A DNA stretch of 64,000 bases, from NCBI GenBank assembly GCA_947630455.1, contig CANRHP010000003.1, forward strand, positions 32,550 to 96,549. Reading direction: 5' to 3'. Below, piece after piece: positions 27,633 through 37,396 of the stretch. The stretch's first letter is position 1. Every line of letters starts with the position of its first letter. The notes beneath the pieces are model-generated. The model worked only from the letters and a program-made list of their open reading frames with translations. It was not told the origin of the DNA and did no database searches. The translations under genes were made by a program, and so were the position numbers. Source of the DNA: an uncultured Clostridia bacterium. GTDB taxonomy: Bacteria > Bacillota > Clostridia > Christensenellales > CAG-314.

Positions 27633-27831
27633 ATTTTAACTCCTTAGTGTGTAGTCAAGGGCATATTACCCATTTTAACTTATACATTATACTATTTTCA
27701 AACAGTAAAATCAAGGCAAATACCGCACAAATCGACAAAAAACGCAATTTGCTCTATACTTTGCACGCTATTTGTGTTAAAATAATTTTATGTATGATTG
27801 AAAAAAAAATAAAAAGCGAAGGAGAAAAATC

Positions 27832-28845
27832 ATGAAGGTGTTGGTAACGGGCGGAGCCGGTTACATCGGTTCACACACGGTAGTGGAGCTGGTTCAGGCG
27901 GGACATGAGGTGGCGGTGATAGACAACCTATCCAATTCGTCCCCGGTATGTCTGCAAAGAGTGGAGCAAATCGTTGGAAAAAAAGTTCCTTTTTACGAGG
28001 GCGATGTGCGCGACTGCGAATTGCTTAACAAAATTTTCAACGAGCACCGAATTGATTGGGTAATTCATTTTGCCGGACTAAAGGCGGTAGGTGAATCCGT
28101 TGCAAAACCGTTGGAGTACTACGACAACAACATAGGCGGCACTTTGGCACTGCTGCAGGTTATGAAAGCACACAACTGCAAAAAGATAGTTTTTTCCTCT
28201 TCCGCAACCGTCTACGGCGATCCCGAACGGCTGCCTATTGACGAACAGTGCGCAGTTGGCGGCACCACCAACCCTTATGGTACAAGCAAATATTTTCAGG
28301 AGCGTATTCTCGAGGATGTGTACACCGCCGATAACAGTTGGACGGTGGTGCTGCTACGCTATTTCAATCCGGTCGGAGCTCATCCCAGCGGGCTTATCGG
28401 GGAGGATCCTGCGGGAATACCCAACAATCTAACTCCCTACATCGCCAAGGTGGCGATAGGACAACTACCGGAAATAGGCGTTTTCGGCAACGACTACGAC
28501 ACTCCCGACGGCACGGGCGTGCGCGATTACATTCACGTAGTGGATCTTGCAAAGGGACATCTCGCTGCCATTGACAAATTGACCGAGGCGGGCGTGTACA
28601 CCTACAATCTCGGTACGGGCGTCGGCTACAGTGTGTTGGACGTGATACATGCCTTTGAAAAAGCCTGCGGACGCAAGCTGCCCTATTCCGTGAAATCACG
28701 CCGCGCGGGAGATATTGCCGCATGTTATGCAAGCAGTGACAAGGCGTATCGCGAGCTGGGCTGGAAAGCCGAGCTGGGCATTGACGACATGTGCGCTTCG
28801 CTTTGGAATTGGCAGACAAAAAATCCCAAAGGATACAACTCGTGA
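27832..28845 (+). CDS. galE: UDP-glucose 4-epimerase
   Basis: [16 protein letters not shown], a YGTSK catalytic motif, and [16 protein letters not shown]. Confidence 0.92.
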   Translation: MKVLVTGGAGYIGSHTVVELVQAGHEVAVIDNLSNSSPVCLQRVEQIVGKKVPFYEGDVRDCELLNKIFNEHRIDWVIHFAGLKAVGESVAKPLEYYDNNIGGTLALLQVMKAHNCKKIVFSSSATVYGDPERLPIDEQCAVGGTTNPYGTSKYFQERILEDVYTADNSWTVVLLRYFNPVGAHPSGLIGEDPAGIPNNLTPYIAKVAIGQLPEIGVFGNDYDTPDGTGVRDYIHVVDLAKGHLAAIDKLTEAGVYTYNLGTGVGYSVLDVIHAFEKACGRKLPYSVKSRRAGDIAACYASSDKAYRELGWKAELGIDDMCASLWNWQTKNPKGYNS

Positions 28846-29024
28846 CCTTTACGAATTATTTTTACCGCAATGCGTAGTTTGTACAGCGCAAAATTTTTGT
28901 ACCGCATCGGTTTGTATGGATGCAAAGCGGTATATTGTGTCGCCGCTTGTCGTTAGCTACACAAGACGGTGCAGCACAAACAATAGATGAAAGACAAAAT
29001 ATCAAAGGTATTTTTACGGCATAA

Positions 29025-29078
29025 ACAAATCTGGATTCAACTTTTCCCTTACGGGTTCGGTTGAGTTCGGAGTGGTCG
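29025..29078. repeat. 54-nt direct repeat, copy 1
   Basis: ACAAATCTGGATTCAACTTTTCCCTTACGGGTTCGGTTGAGTTCGGAGTGGTCG matches 30213-30266 at 52 of 54 positions. Confidence 0.85.
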
Positions 29079-29199
29079 GGTTCGTTTATGCCTTGTTCCC
29101 ATTTGGAAACAGTTTGTCGCGTTACGCACAGTATTTCGGCAAGTTGCTCTTGTGACATTTATTTGTACGCAAAGTTTTCAGTTTGTCGTAGTAGCTCAT
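29075..29199 (-). pseudogene. Frameshifted and 3'-truncated XRE-family HTH gene
   Basis: SD plus ATG 29199 gives MSYYDKLKTLRTNK. After a frame change it reads MSQEQLAEILCVTRQTVSKWEQGINEPD. Homology stops exactly at the repeat boundary (29078). Confidence 0.6.
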
Positions 29200-29422
29200 A
29201 CAATTCTCCTTTGCGAGCATGCCGCAACGCTGTAATGGTAGGGCAACGATTGTTTTGTTCGCTCGCATAACCATTGTAACGCCGCAGTCATTGCGCGCGC
29301 AAGCGCCGAACAAGCGCAAGCTGTAACTGAAAAAAAATTTTACCACAATCGCCACTTCAAATGAATAAAATATGCAAAAATTTGCCCGCACCGTTTCGGC
29401 GCGGACTAAATTCACTGCAAAA

Positions 29423-30133
29423 CTACATTATTTCGAACATAAATATATTCGGTACGACATCGTAACCAAAAGTTTTAATTGCCATTCTATACATAGCCTT
29501 TGCATGGATTCTGTCGTGCCATATAAAACGTCTCAGCACTTTTCTCAATGACCACTCTTCGTCATAACTTCCAAGATAGATTTTATTTTCCAAAAAATCA
29601 CGTTGTTTTTCGAGCGTATCAAATCCGCGCTCTCTGCATTCTAATATAGTGCTTTCATTATCCGCAGAAACGCCTATTTCACCGAAATAATAAGCATTGA
29701 CACTTTTTGTATGTTCGTACATTTCAAACGCAGTTCGCGGAGTCAAGCCGTAAAATGTTTTTCTGGTAGGCAGACAGCTTTTATTTTTGTCGGGTATTGC
29801 CTGATATAATGTCCAAAAATCAAGTGCCGATTTCAGAGCAAGTGCTTTCATTTTTGTATACTCGGATAGACTTAATTTTTCTTTCTCCGTGTCAAAGATG
29901 ACATCCGAATCGGCGTCGGAAATCGTTAACTCAGACTGCTTTTCCTGTATTATTGCAGTTTCAAAGGAGTTCGGCAAGGACTCGCCCGTCCATTTGAGAT
30001 ATGATTTGATTTCGGTAGGCATTTTTCGAAGCGCCATCTCGCGGGAATTTCCCCTTGTAAATGCGCCGACAAAGTTGTCCGCAAACAAAATACTGTCGTC
30101 GCCGTTATGTTCCCAAACGCATCTTATTTTCAT
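29423..30133 (-). CDS. Hypothetical protein, possibly DinB/YfiT-like
   Basis: SD AAGGAG precedes ATG 30133. The C-terminal WSLRKVLRRFIWHDRIHAKAMY resembles a DinB-family His motif. The assignment is weak. Confidence 0.4.
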   Translation of the reverse strand: MKIRCVWEHNGDDSILFADNFVGAFTRGNSREMALRKMPTEIKSYLKWTGESLPNSFETAIIQEKQSELTISDADSDVIFDTEKEKLSLSEYTKMKALALKSALDFWTLYQAIPDKNKSCLPTRKTFYGLTPRTAFEMYEHTKSVNAYYFGEIGVSADNESTILECRERGFDTLEKQRDFLENKIYLGSYDEEWSLRKVLRRFIWHDRIHAKAMYRMAIKTFGYDVVPNIFMFEIM

Positions 30134-30212
30134 CGGTAAATTTCTCCTTGTCAAATCTAACTTGCCGAATAATCACCCACCCCATTTTTATATAGACGAT
30201 TTTATGGTATAT

Positions 30213-30266
30213 ACAAATCTGGACTCAACTTTTCCCTTACGGGTTCGGTTGAGTCCGGAGTGGTCG
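30213..30266. repeat. 54-nt direct repeat, copy 2 (includes the last 6 nt of tRNA-Pro and its 3' flank hairpin)
   Basis: Matches 29025-29078. Contains the hairpin GGACTCAAC...GTTGAGTCC. Confidence 0.85.
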
Positions 30267-30336
30267 AAGTGACTGGACTCGAACCAGCGGCCTCTTGGTC
30301 CCGAACCAAGCGCGCTACCAACTGCGCTACACCTCG
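30261..30336 (-). tRNA. tRNA-Pro (anticodon CGG), CCA encoded
   Basis: The reverse complement folds as a cloverleaf. Acceptor stem CGAGGTG/CACTTCG, D stem GCGC/GCGC, anticodon arm CTTGG-TTCGGGA-CCAAG, T arm GCTGG-TTCGAGT-CCAGT, ending in ACCA. Confidence 0.88.
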
Positions 30337-30596
30337 ATAGATATTTAGTTTTGCTTTGAAATATTAACTGCTCAATAGCAGTTGATAGCGCCATCGTCGC
30401 AGCGCTCTTTCGACAGTACCAATCGTAAAAATACGATTGGATCGACTGTCAATCGGCTGCTCCTCTCCCCACCGAGATTTCGTCTCGGCGTGGATCCCAC
30501 AGCTCCCACACATCGAGCATAGCTCTCGTGGCTTTGGCTACAAACAGCACACCGTGCTGTTTGCTTAACGCGTCGCACCAACTGCGCTACACCTCG
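30337..30596 (-). ncRNA. Unclassified structured leader beginning with a tRNA-Pro 5' fragment (pseudo-tRNA)
   Basis: 30577-30596 duplicates the first 20 nt of the tRNA, and similarity extends through the D arm. At least four perfect hairpins of 6-10 bp follow. The region is driven by the promoter at 30608-30636. Confidence 0.4.
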
Positions 30597-30607
30597 TTTG
30601 CCTTACT

Positions 30608-30636
30608 ATTATACAGTATAACTTCGGTTTTTGCAA
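30608..30636 (-). promoter_or_regulatory. Consensus promoter for the tRNA-Pro transcription unit
   Basis: On the minus strand: TTGCAA (30631-30636), a 17-nt spacer, then TATAAT (30608-30613). It lies 11 nt upstream of the tRNA-like 5' fragment. Confidence 0.65.
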
Positions 30637-30760
30637 CCGATTGTGCAAAATCTCTTTGATCTTACTGTTTGTGGCGCGTTTATTTTACGCAAAGCGCTTG
30701 CAATTGTGTTGGGCAGGTGATATACTTAGTAAGTAAAAAATTTTACAGAAAGGAGAAGCT

Positions 30761-31372
30761 ATGAAGAAATTTTTCGGTGAATTTAAAAAATTTATAACCC
30801 GCGGCAATGTCGTGGACATGGCTGTCGGCGTTATCATCGGCGGCGCGTTCACCGCTATTGTAACCGCTCTTACCAACAATATTTTCATGCCCATCATCAA
30901 CTGGATTTTGTTTGCAGTCACAGGCGGAAAGGGATTTGAAAATATCTATACCTTCTTGCAGACAACCTATCAGGTGGGCGAGGACGGTCAAATTATCAAG
31001 GACGCATTGACAAACGAACCGCTGATAGACCTCACAAAGTCTATTTACATAGATTGGGGTGCATTTATCACGGCGATAATCAACTTCATTTTGATTGCGT
31101 TAGTTCTGTTCTGCATTGTCAAGCTGATAAACTCCGTGCGTGAAAACGCAGACAAGAAAAAGGGCAAATATTCTCCTCTCACCAAAGAGGACGTCAAAGC
31201 TTTCCGCAGAGAGGGTAAAACTTCCGCGGAGATTCTTGAAATAGCCGCTCAAAAGAAAGCAGAACAAGAAGAGGCTGAAAGGGTTGCTGCCGAAGAGGCC
31301 GCTAAGAACGCACCCAAATCCGAACAGCAGCTGCTAAGCGAAATTGTTGAATTACTTAAAGAAAAGAAATAA
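30761..31372 (+). CDS. mscL: Large-conductance mechanosensitive channel MscL with an extended charged C-terminus
   Basis: [27 protein letters not shown] is the hallmark MscL N-terminus. At 203 aa it exceeds the roughly 130-150 aa typical length. Confidence 0.9.
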   Translation: MKKFFGEFKKFITRGNVVDMAVGVIIGGAFTAIVTALTNNIFMPIINWILFAVTGGKGFENIYTFLQTTYQVGEDGQIIKDALTNEPLIDLTKSIYIDWGAFITAIINFILIALVLFCIVKLINSVRENADKKKGKYSPLTKEDVKAFRREGKTSAEILEIAAQKKAEQEEAERVAAEEAAKNAPKSEQQLLSEIVELLKEKK

Positions 31373-31507
31373 TAGTTTTCGGTAAAAAGCGCGACGAACT
31401 TGTTTCGTCGCGTTTTTGTTTTGTTGTTTTTTATTTTAGTCGGTTTGTATCGCTGCGAAAATCAATGCGGAAGTATATTTAACATTCGATTGCGCAAAAA
31501 TCAAGGT

Positions 31508-32917
31508 ATGAAAATATCTTTTGACCAATTTCACAAGTTATGGAATGGGCAGGACGACTTTCGTTTGAGGGAGCTTGATTGCGGAATCGTGCTCAAAGCG
31601 GTGTGTTTGGATACGATGTGCGACGACGCAAAGGTTTCGGCGTTTGTATTGCAGCCCATAGCCTACATTGGCAGAGCAGACAGTATTGTCGAGGTGGAAA
31701 AAAAGCTTGCCGCAGGCACCGGCGTGCGGAAACCGCCCAACCTGTTTGCCGCCGTGGAGGATTTTACCAACGGCTACACACTGATCTTCGATCAAAATGA
31801 CAACTGCATTTCCGTAGATACTCGCACGGTGATAGGACGTTCTATTGCCGAACCGCCTACTTCTATGGTTATGCGCGGCCCGCGTGAAGGCTTTGTAGAG
31901 GATATAAAGGTAAATATTACGCTGCTGCGTAAAAGACTTAAAACGCCTAATCTCAAAATAATCAATCTTGCTGTCGGCAAGTACACCAATACGGCGGTTG
32001 CCGTCTGCTATATCGAGGGTATTGCGGAGCAGCGTATAGTGGACGACATTGTGCAGCGCCTGCAGTCTGTCAAAACGGACGGTGTATTGGACAGCAGCTA
32101 TCTAGCCCGTTATCTTGATGTATCCAAAACCTTTTTGTTCCGTCGGATAGGCTCCACCGAAAAACCGGATATTGCCGTCGGAAAAATGCTGGAAGGGCGT
32201 CTGGCAGTGATTGTGGACGGAAGTCCCATGGTGTTGACCGTCCCCTACCTGTTTGTGGAGGATATGCAGTCGCCCGGCGACTACTACGAAAATTCCGCAA
32301 TGACAACGCTTTCCCGCAGTCTGCGATTTATCAGTGTGATAGCGTCCGTCTTGCTGCCTGCGCTGTACGTTTGTTTGCAGGTGTACAATTATCAGATAAT
32401 TCCGCTGCGGTTTTTGATCACGGTGCTCAATGCCAGCGAGGCCATACCCTTCAGTCCGCTGACGGAAATGCTGCTTGTTCTCATTGTTTTCGATATATTG
32501 CGTGAAGCCAACTTACGCATGCCCAGCGCGGTAGGTATTTCCTTGTCGCTGGTGGGTGCTATCGTGTTGGGAGACGCTGCGGTGCAGGCGGGGCTGCTTG
32601 GCGCTCCGGCGGTGATGATAGGCGCACTTTCAGGCATCGGATTGTTTACCATGCCCGACAACACTTTGATTCTTTCTCTTTTGCGCCTTCTCGTTACCTT
32701 TATCGGGGGTGTGATGGGGCTGCTCGGCGTGATCATCTCTACAATGACGATACTCGTGTATCTTGCCTCCATGCAGGATTACAAAACGCCGTTTTTGGCA
32801 CCGTTTGCGCCGGATATTCCAGAGGACAGACAGGACGCGGTAGCGCAGATACCTGTGCCGAACATGAAAAAGCGTCCGAGATCTATTCCCAACGAAAACA
32901 GCGACAGGAGGGGCTGA
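31508..32917 (+). CDS. Spore germination protein, GerA-family A subunit
   Basis: MRGPREGFVEDIKVNITLLRKRL and C-terminal TM helices. The start at ATG 31508 is tentative because the SD is weak. Confidence 0.85.
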   Translation: MKISFDQFHKLWNGQDDFRLRELDCGIVLKAVCLDTMCDDAKVSAFVLQPIAYIGRADSIVEVEKKLAAGTGVRKPPNLFAAVEDFTNGYTLIFDQNDNCISVDTRTVIGRSIAEPPTSMVMRGPREGFVEDIKVNITLLRKRLKTPNLKIINLAVGKYTNTAVAVCYIEGIAEQRIVDDIVQRLQSVKTDGVLDSSYLARYLDVSKTFLFRRIGSTEKPDIAVGKMLEGRLAVIVDGSPMVLTVPYLFVEDMQSPGDYYENSAMTTLSRSLRFISVIASVLLPALYVCLQVYNYQIIPLRFLITVLNASEAIPFSPLTEMLLVLIVFDILREANLRMPSAVGISLSLVGAIVLGDAAVQAGLLGAPAVMIGALSGIGLFTMPDNTLILSLLRLLVTFIGGVMGLLGVIISTMTILVYLASMQDYKTPFLAPFAPDIPEDRQDAVAQIPVPNMKKRPRSIPNENSDRRG

Positions 32918-34020
32918 TGGACAAAAACCGTGTACAAGTGGGGCAATTGGCATTGCTGTATCTGCTCTTGGTAATGGGCGGTAAGTTTTTAACGCTGCCC
33001 TCGCTGCTGGCGGGGGACGTGGGGCATGACAGCTGGCTCTCCGTTGCCTTCAGCTTTGTGTGGGATGGCATTTGTTTGTGCTTTTTGCTGTGGGCTGTAA
33101 AAATGAATTCCGATTCTCATTTGGATTTGTCCGCCATATTGGAGAAAAGCGTGTCTAAGCCCGTGACAAAGCTTTTGCTGATAATATTTTTTGTAATATT
33201 CATCCTGCGCATAAACGTTTTGTTAAGCTCTTGCTACAAAATGTTCTCCGTAACCTTTGATGTATCCACAAATTGGATCGTGTACGTGCTGCCCATTGCG
33301 GCGTTGTCTTTTTTTGCCGTTGCCAAGGGATTCAACGCCATTGCGCGCATGGGACAGCTGCTGTTCGGACTTATCCTGCTTGCAGTGGTTGCGCTGTTTG
33401 TGTCCCCGTTGTTGGAGGTTGAGTTCGGTGCACTGAAGCCGTTGGGCGAGGCAGGCTGGGATAAGATATTGCTCACCTCCTACACCCGCAGCTTTTGGTT
33501 CAGCGATTATATTTTCATCTATTTCGTTTTGGATGGAATCAAGGTAAAAAAGACGGTTTTTACTCCCATTCTGATATCTTTTGCGGTAGGAGCGTTTTTG
33601 TGCATTTTGCTGAATGCTGTGTTTGTGGCGTTGTTCGGCTATCTTGCGCCTGATTTCGATATGGCAATGAGCAAAATAGGGGTATTTTCCGCCGCAAGTA
33701 CTACAAACGGACGGTGGGATTGGTTAACATTATCCATATGGCTCATTTCGGTTTTTATAAAGGTCATGGTCTTTATTTTTTGTGCCTACAAATGTATCGA
33801 AAAATTTGTCGGCTCCAACTTCGTCAAATTTAACTGGATCGCGGCGGGAATTATTCTTTTGACGTTGTCCCTTCCGCTCTTTGTGTCCACCGAACAGCTG
33901 TTGGGTACGGTAATAAAATGGGGCGTGATACCCTTTACTTTGGTACAGTATGTATTGCCGCTGCTCATGCCTTTGTGTACTAAAGCCGCAAAACGTAAAA
34001 CGGAGGTGAACAATGAGTAA
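32917..34020 (+). CDS. Spore germination protein, GerAB-type permease subunit
   Basis: Polytopic membrane protein of about 10 TM helices. Its start overlaps the A-subunit stop. Confidence 0.8.
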   Translation: MDKNRVQVGQLALLYLLLVMGGKFLTLPSLLAGDVGHDSWLSVAFSFVWDGICLCFLLWAVKMNSDSHLDLSAILEKSVSKPVTKLLLIIFFVIFILRINVLLSSCYKMFSVTFDVSTNWIVYVLPIAALSFFAVAKGFNAIARMGQLLFGLILLAVVALFVSPLLEVEFGALKPLGEAGWDKILLTSYTRSFWFSDYIFIYFVLDGIKVKKTVFTPILISFAVGAFLCILLNAVFVALFGYLAPDFDMAMSKIGVFSAASTTNGRWDWLTLSIWLISVFIKVMVFIFCAYKCIEKFVGSNFVKFNWIAAGIILLTLSLPLFVSTEQLLGTVIKWGVIPFTLVQYVLPLLMPLCTKAAKRKTEVNNE

Positions 34021-35137
34021 TCTCAAGCGTATAGGGGTTGTGCTGTTGGTGATCGCCGCGGTAGCTCTTGTTGCAGGAAGCTTTAAGGGCAGCGATGTGC
34101 TGGACAGAGCAATTATTCTCGGTATAGGCATAGATGCAGAGGAAAACGGCGGAGTCCTAATGACAGCGGAAGTCGTTGCGCCCGGAAACGGTACCGAACA
34201 AGTCGGCACCTTCAGCAAAACCGTTTCGGTAAAGGGTGAAACAGTCAATGTTGCGCTGCAAAACGTAGCGGAGGTTACCGGTAAGGAGGCGTCGTTGGGG
34301 CAGTGCGTGGTTCTGGTTTTGGGACAGAAATATGTGGAAAATGTAGATTTTTCCGATCTGACGGAATACTTTATCAATCACCACAGTTTTAAGGAAAGCG
34401 CCGTAATTTGCTGCTGCGAGGGGAGCGCAAAGGATTTGTTCAACAAGGGCAACGCACTGACGCAAAGCATGTCTCTTGCCATTGCCACTGCGCTGCTTGA
34501 TCAGGCGGAAAAACTTTCAGTCACAAACAACAGCCTTTTGCAATATGCCCGCAGTCAAAATGAACTAAATTGCACGGGTTTTCTCAACAGGGTGGCTTTT
34601 GTCGCCTCCGACAACACCGACAGTAGTCTTCCCGAAAAAGAGTTGGGTTACATTACTTATCGTGAAATGTGCGTATTTCGTGCAAACAAATATATCACAA
34701 GTCTTTCGGAACAGGACGTCAAGGGCATGTCTTTGTTTTTACCCGATACCTATGGCGAAACATTCGTGTCCTTCGAGGATACCGTTACGCGCACCGTGCA
34801 GGTTACAAACAAGGATGTCAAGCTCAAAGCGGGCAAGGATGGCATAGAAGCGGAAATAAATATCACCGTGCGGTACGGCAGGACGGACAGTGAAGAGGTC
34901 AGCGGCGCACTAACTTCCAAAAATGATAAGGAAATCCCACAAAAGCTATTGGACGACGTGACAAAACAGGCAAAGGCAATTGCGGAAAAATATCTTGCCA
35001 AACAAATTGAATATAATTTCGACCTATTAAAGTTTCATGAAATGTATCGTCGGCAGGAGGGAACGAGCGTTTCGCTTGCCGAAAGACCCATGAGTGAATT
35101 TCCCGTCAAGCTTACCGTCACCGTTACGGAAAGCTGA
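34013..35137 (+). CDS. Ger(x)C-family germination protein
   Basis: N-terminal hydrophobic anchor followed by DRAIILGIGID, typical of GerxC. Overlaps the B subunit. No lipobox Cys was seen. Confidence 0.75.
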   Translation: MSNLKRIGVVLLVIAAVALVAGSFKGSDVLDRAIILGIGIDAEENGGVLMTAEVVAPGNGTEQVGTFSKTVSVKGETVNVALQNVAEVTGKEASLGQCVVLVLGQKYVENVDFSDLTEYFINHHSFKESAVICCCEGSAKDLFNKGNALTQSMSLAIATALLDQAEKLSVTNNSLLQYARSQNELNCTGFLNRVAFVASDNTDSSLPEKELGYITYREMCVFRANKYITSLSEQDVKGMSLFLPDTYGETFVSFEDTVTRTVQVTNKDVKLKAGKDGIEAEINITVRYGRTDSEEVSGALTSKNDKEIPQKLLDDVTKQAKAIAEKYLAKQIEYNFDLLKFHEMYRRQEGTSVSLAERPMSEFPVKLTVTVTES

Positions 35138-35252
35138 TGCTGATAAAAGGCGTTTCGAAGTGGATTTTCGAAACGTCATTTTATATTTTTGATTATTGAC
35201 ATAGCAGCGTATATCTTGACTGCTTTTTATATTTATTGTATACTTATATGTT

Positions 35253-36128
35253 ATGAAAGGAACGATTTTGGTAAACCCCTATGACAGTCATCCCGTGCAA
35301 ACGCGAAAGGTCGCTCGCATGACCGAGGAATTTTCTGCATTGGGCGTTGAGGTGGAAACGACGGCAAACGACGGTTTTGTCGCTTATGTGGAGGATGGGC
35401 GCGTCAGGTGTAGGCTTAACAGCGACTTCGTTCTTTATTTTGACAAGGAACGTATTGCCGCAAGCTTGATAGAACGGGCGGGAATACGCGTATTCAACAG
35501 TGCCGCCGCCATAGAAATATGCGACGACAAGATGCTTACGCACACCGTCCTCGCCAACAACGGCATACCAATGCCAACGACGGTTGCAGGTCCGCTTTGC
35601 TACAACCAGGATGCAAAGCTTGATAGCCGCTATATCGAACATGCAATTGAAATTCTCGGACTGCCCATTGTTGTAAAGGAGTGCTACGGCAGCTTCGGTG
35701 AGCAGGTGTATTTGTGCGACACTGCGCAAAAGCTCGGCGCTAAGCTGGAAGAAATAAAAATGAAACGGTATCTGTTGCAGCATTTTGAAAAACAAAGCAG
35801 CGGACGGGATATGCGCGTTATCGTAATAGGCGGCAAGTTCGTATGCGGTATGCTTCGCACAAGCGATGGGGATTTTCGTTCAAATGCGGCGCTTGGGGGC
35901 AGATGCGAGCGTGCGGATGTGCCGGCGGATATCGTTGCGCTGTGCGAAAAAACGGCTCGGATTATCGGGTTGGATTACTGCGGCGTAGACATCCTTCTCT
36001 CTGATACGCCCAAGGTGTGCGAGGTAAACAGCAATGCAATGTTCGAGATGATGGAAAGAGCGACAGGCTTAAATGTTGCACAAGCTTATGCAAAACATAT
36101 CGTCAGCATAGTACAGCAATTAAAATAA
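35253..36128 (+). CDS. RimK-like ATP-grasp ligase
   Basis: ATP-grasp segments PIVVKECYGSFGEQVYL, RVIVIGGKF and GLDYCGVDIL. The promoter TTGACT-17-TATACT ends 8 nt before the ATG and there is no SD. Confidence 0.7.
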   Translation: MKGTILVNPYDSHPVQTRKVARMTEEFSALGVEVETTANDGFVAYVEDGRVRCRLNSDFVLYFDKERIAASLIERAGIRVFNSAAAIEICDDKMLTHTVLANNGIPMPTTVAGPLCYNQDAKLDSRYIEHAIEILGLPIVVKECYGSFGEQVYLCDTAQKLGAKLEEIKMKRYLLQHFEKQSSGRDMRVIVIGGKFVCGMLRTSDGDFRSNAALGGRCERADVPADIVALCEKTARIIGLDYCGVDILLSDTPKVCEVNSNAMFEMMERATGLNVAQAYAKHIVSIVQQLK

Positions 36129-36147
36129 TCATACAAAAGGAGATGCG

Positions 36148-37389
36148 ATGATGTTATTGAAACAATTTTTGGACAGCAGTTATACTGCCTATCACACAAC
36201 GGCGAACGCATGCGAAATTCTCAAGGAAGAAGGATTTGTGCAGTTAACTCTCGGCGAAAAATGGAAATTGGAGCGTGGCGGCAGTTATTATGTCACATGC
36301 AATGGCAGCAGTGTGGTGGCATTTTGTTTGGGACAGTCCAATGTTTTCAATGTCGCCGTCAGCCACACCGACAGCCCTTCTTTCAAAATCAAGGGTGAAA
36401 AGCTTTTGGAAAGCGAACAGCTCCTGCGTCTCAACACGGAAAAATACGGCGGTGGACTGCTGTACAGTTATTTCGATCGACAAATGAAGGTTGCGGGACG
36501 ACTTCTTGCGGAAACACCTGACGGTGTAGAGCAGATTTTGGCAGTAAGCGACTATAATGTAGTAATACCAAGTCTTGCGATACATCTCAATCGCGAAGCC
36601 AACGAAAAGCCCTTCCTGAAGCTGCAAAACGACACGCTGCCGCTTTTTGCACAAGGCGAAGAGGATTTGTATTCCAGCCTTACGGACAGACGGGTATTGG
36701 ATGCGGATCTGTATGTGGTGCCTGCGGGCGAAGCTTTTGAGTGCGGAGTGCACAACGAATTTCTGTGCTCGGCTCGGTTGGACAATCTTACAAGCGTCTA
36801 CACATCACTATATGCGCTGGTGGACAGCGAGCCGAAGGGTATTGCAATTGTGGCGTGCCTTGACAACGAAGAAATAGGCAGCGGAACACGTCAGGGAGCG
36901 CCAGGCTTTCTGCGTCATGTAATGGAGGGCATCGCGTCGGCATTGGAGCTTACTCGTACCGAGCTTGCCTATGCCGCCGAAAACGGCTTGGTGCTTTCCG
37001 TTGATAACGGGCATGCCGCTCATCCCGCTCATCCGGAAAAACACGATCCCAAGTACAGGTGTCGTCTGAACGGGGGCATCATCATAAAGCACCACGTAAA
37101 CTACGCCACCGACGGCTTGAGCGCGGCAATTTTTAAGCGTTTGATGAACGAAGTGGAGCTGCCTTATCAGGATTTTTACAACAACAGCGAACTTTTGGGA
37201 GGCAGTACGCTTGGGTTGGTTACCGCACGTGAGTTGGGTATGAAGGTTTGCGATATCGGCATTGCGCAGCTGGCAATGCATTCCGCTTGTGAAACTTGCG
37301 GTATTGAGGATGTCGACACCATGAAAAAAGCTCTGACGGCATTCTTTTCCGTAACCGTTGAGGGAATAAATATTTTAACTGTAAAGTGA
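36148..37389 (+). CDS. M18-family (aspartyl-type) aminopeptidase
   Basis: FLDSSYTAYHTTANACEILKEEGF, VSHTDSPSFKIK, DNEEIGS and MHSACE motifs are typical of M18 peptidases. Confidence 0.75.
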   Translation: MMLLKQFLDSSYTAYHTTANACEILKEEGFVQLTLGEKWKLERGGSYYVTCNGSSVVAFCLGQSNVFNVAVSHTDSPSFKIKGEKLLESEQLLRLNTEKYGGGLLYSYFDRQMKVAGRLLAETPDGVEQILAVSDYNVVIPSLAIHLNREANEKPFLKLQNDTLPLFAQGEEDLYSSLTDRRVLDADLYVVPAGEAFECGVHNEFLCSARLDNLTSVYTSLYALVDSEPKGIAIVACLDNEEIGSGTRQGAPGFLRHVMEGIASALELTRTELAYAAENGLVLSVDNGHAAHPAHPEKHDPKYRCRLNGGIIIKHHVNYATDGLSAAIFKRLMNEVELPYQDFYNNSELLGGSTLGLVTARELGMKVCDIGIAQLAMHSACETCGIEDVDTMKKALTAFFSVTVEGINILTVK

Positions 37390-37396
37390 GGCAATT

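Noticed and set aside
30188-30581. Track ORFs 30188-30394 and 30372-30581 on the minus strand.
   Set aside because: They read through the tRNA-Pro gene and its structured leader. The region is explained better as RNA.
30337-30596. The structured leader as a group I/II intron, SRP RNA, RNase P RNA, tmRNA or 6S RNA.
   Set aside because: None of the hallmark sequences is present. I looked for the group I P/Q/R/S elements, group II domain V, the SRP GGAA-tetraloop plus AGCAGC helix 8, the RNase P GAGGAAAGTCC motif and tmRNA tRNA-like ends. The downstream tRNA is already complete, so it is not an interrupted gene. A weak AGGAGCAGCC resemblance to SRP helix 8 lacks the surrounding pairing.
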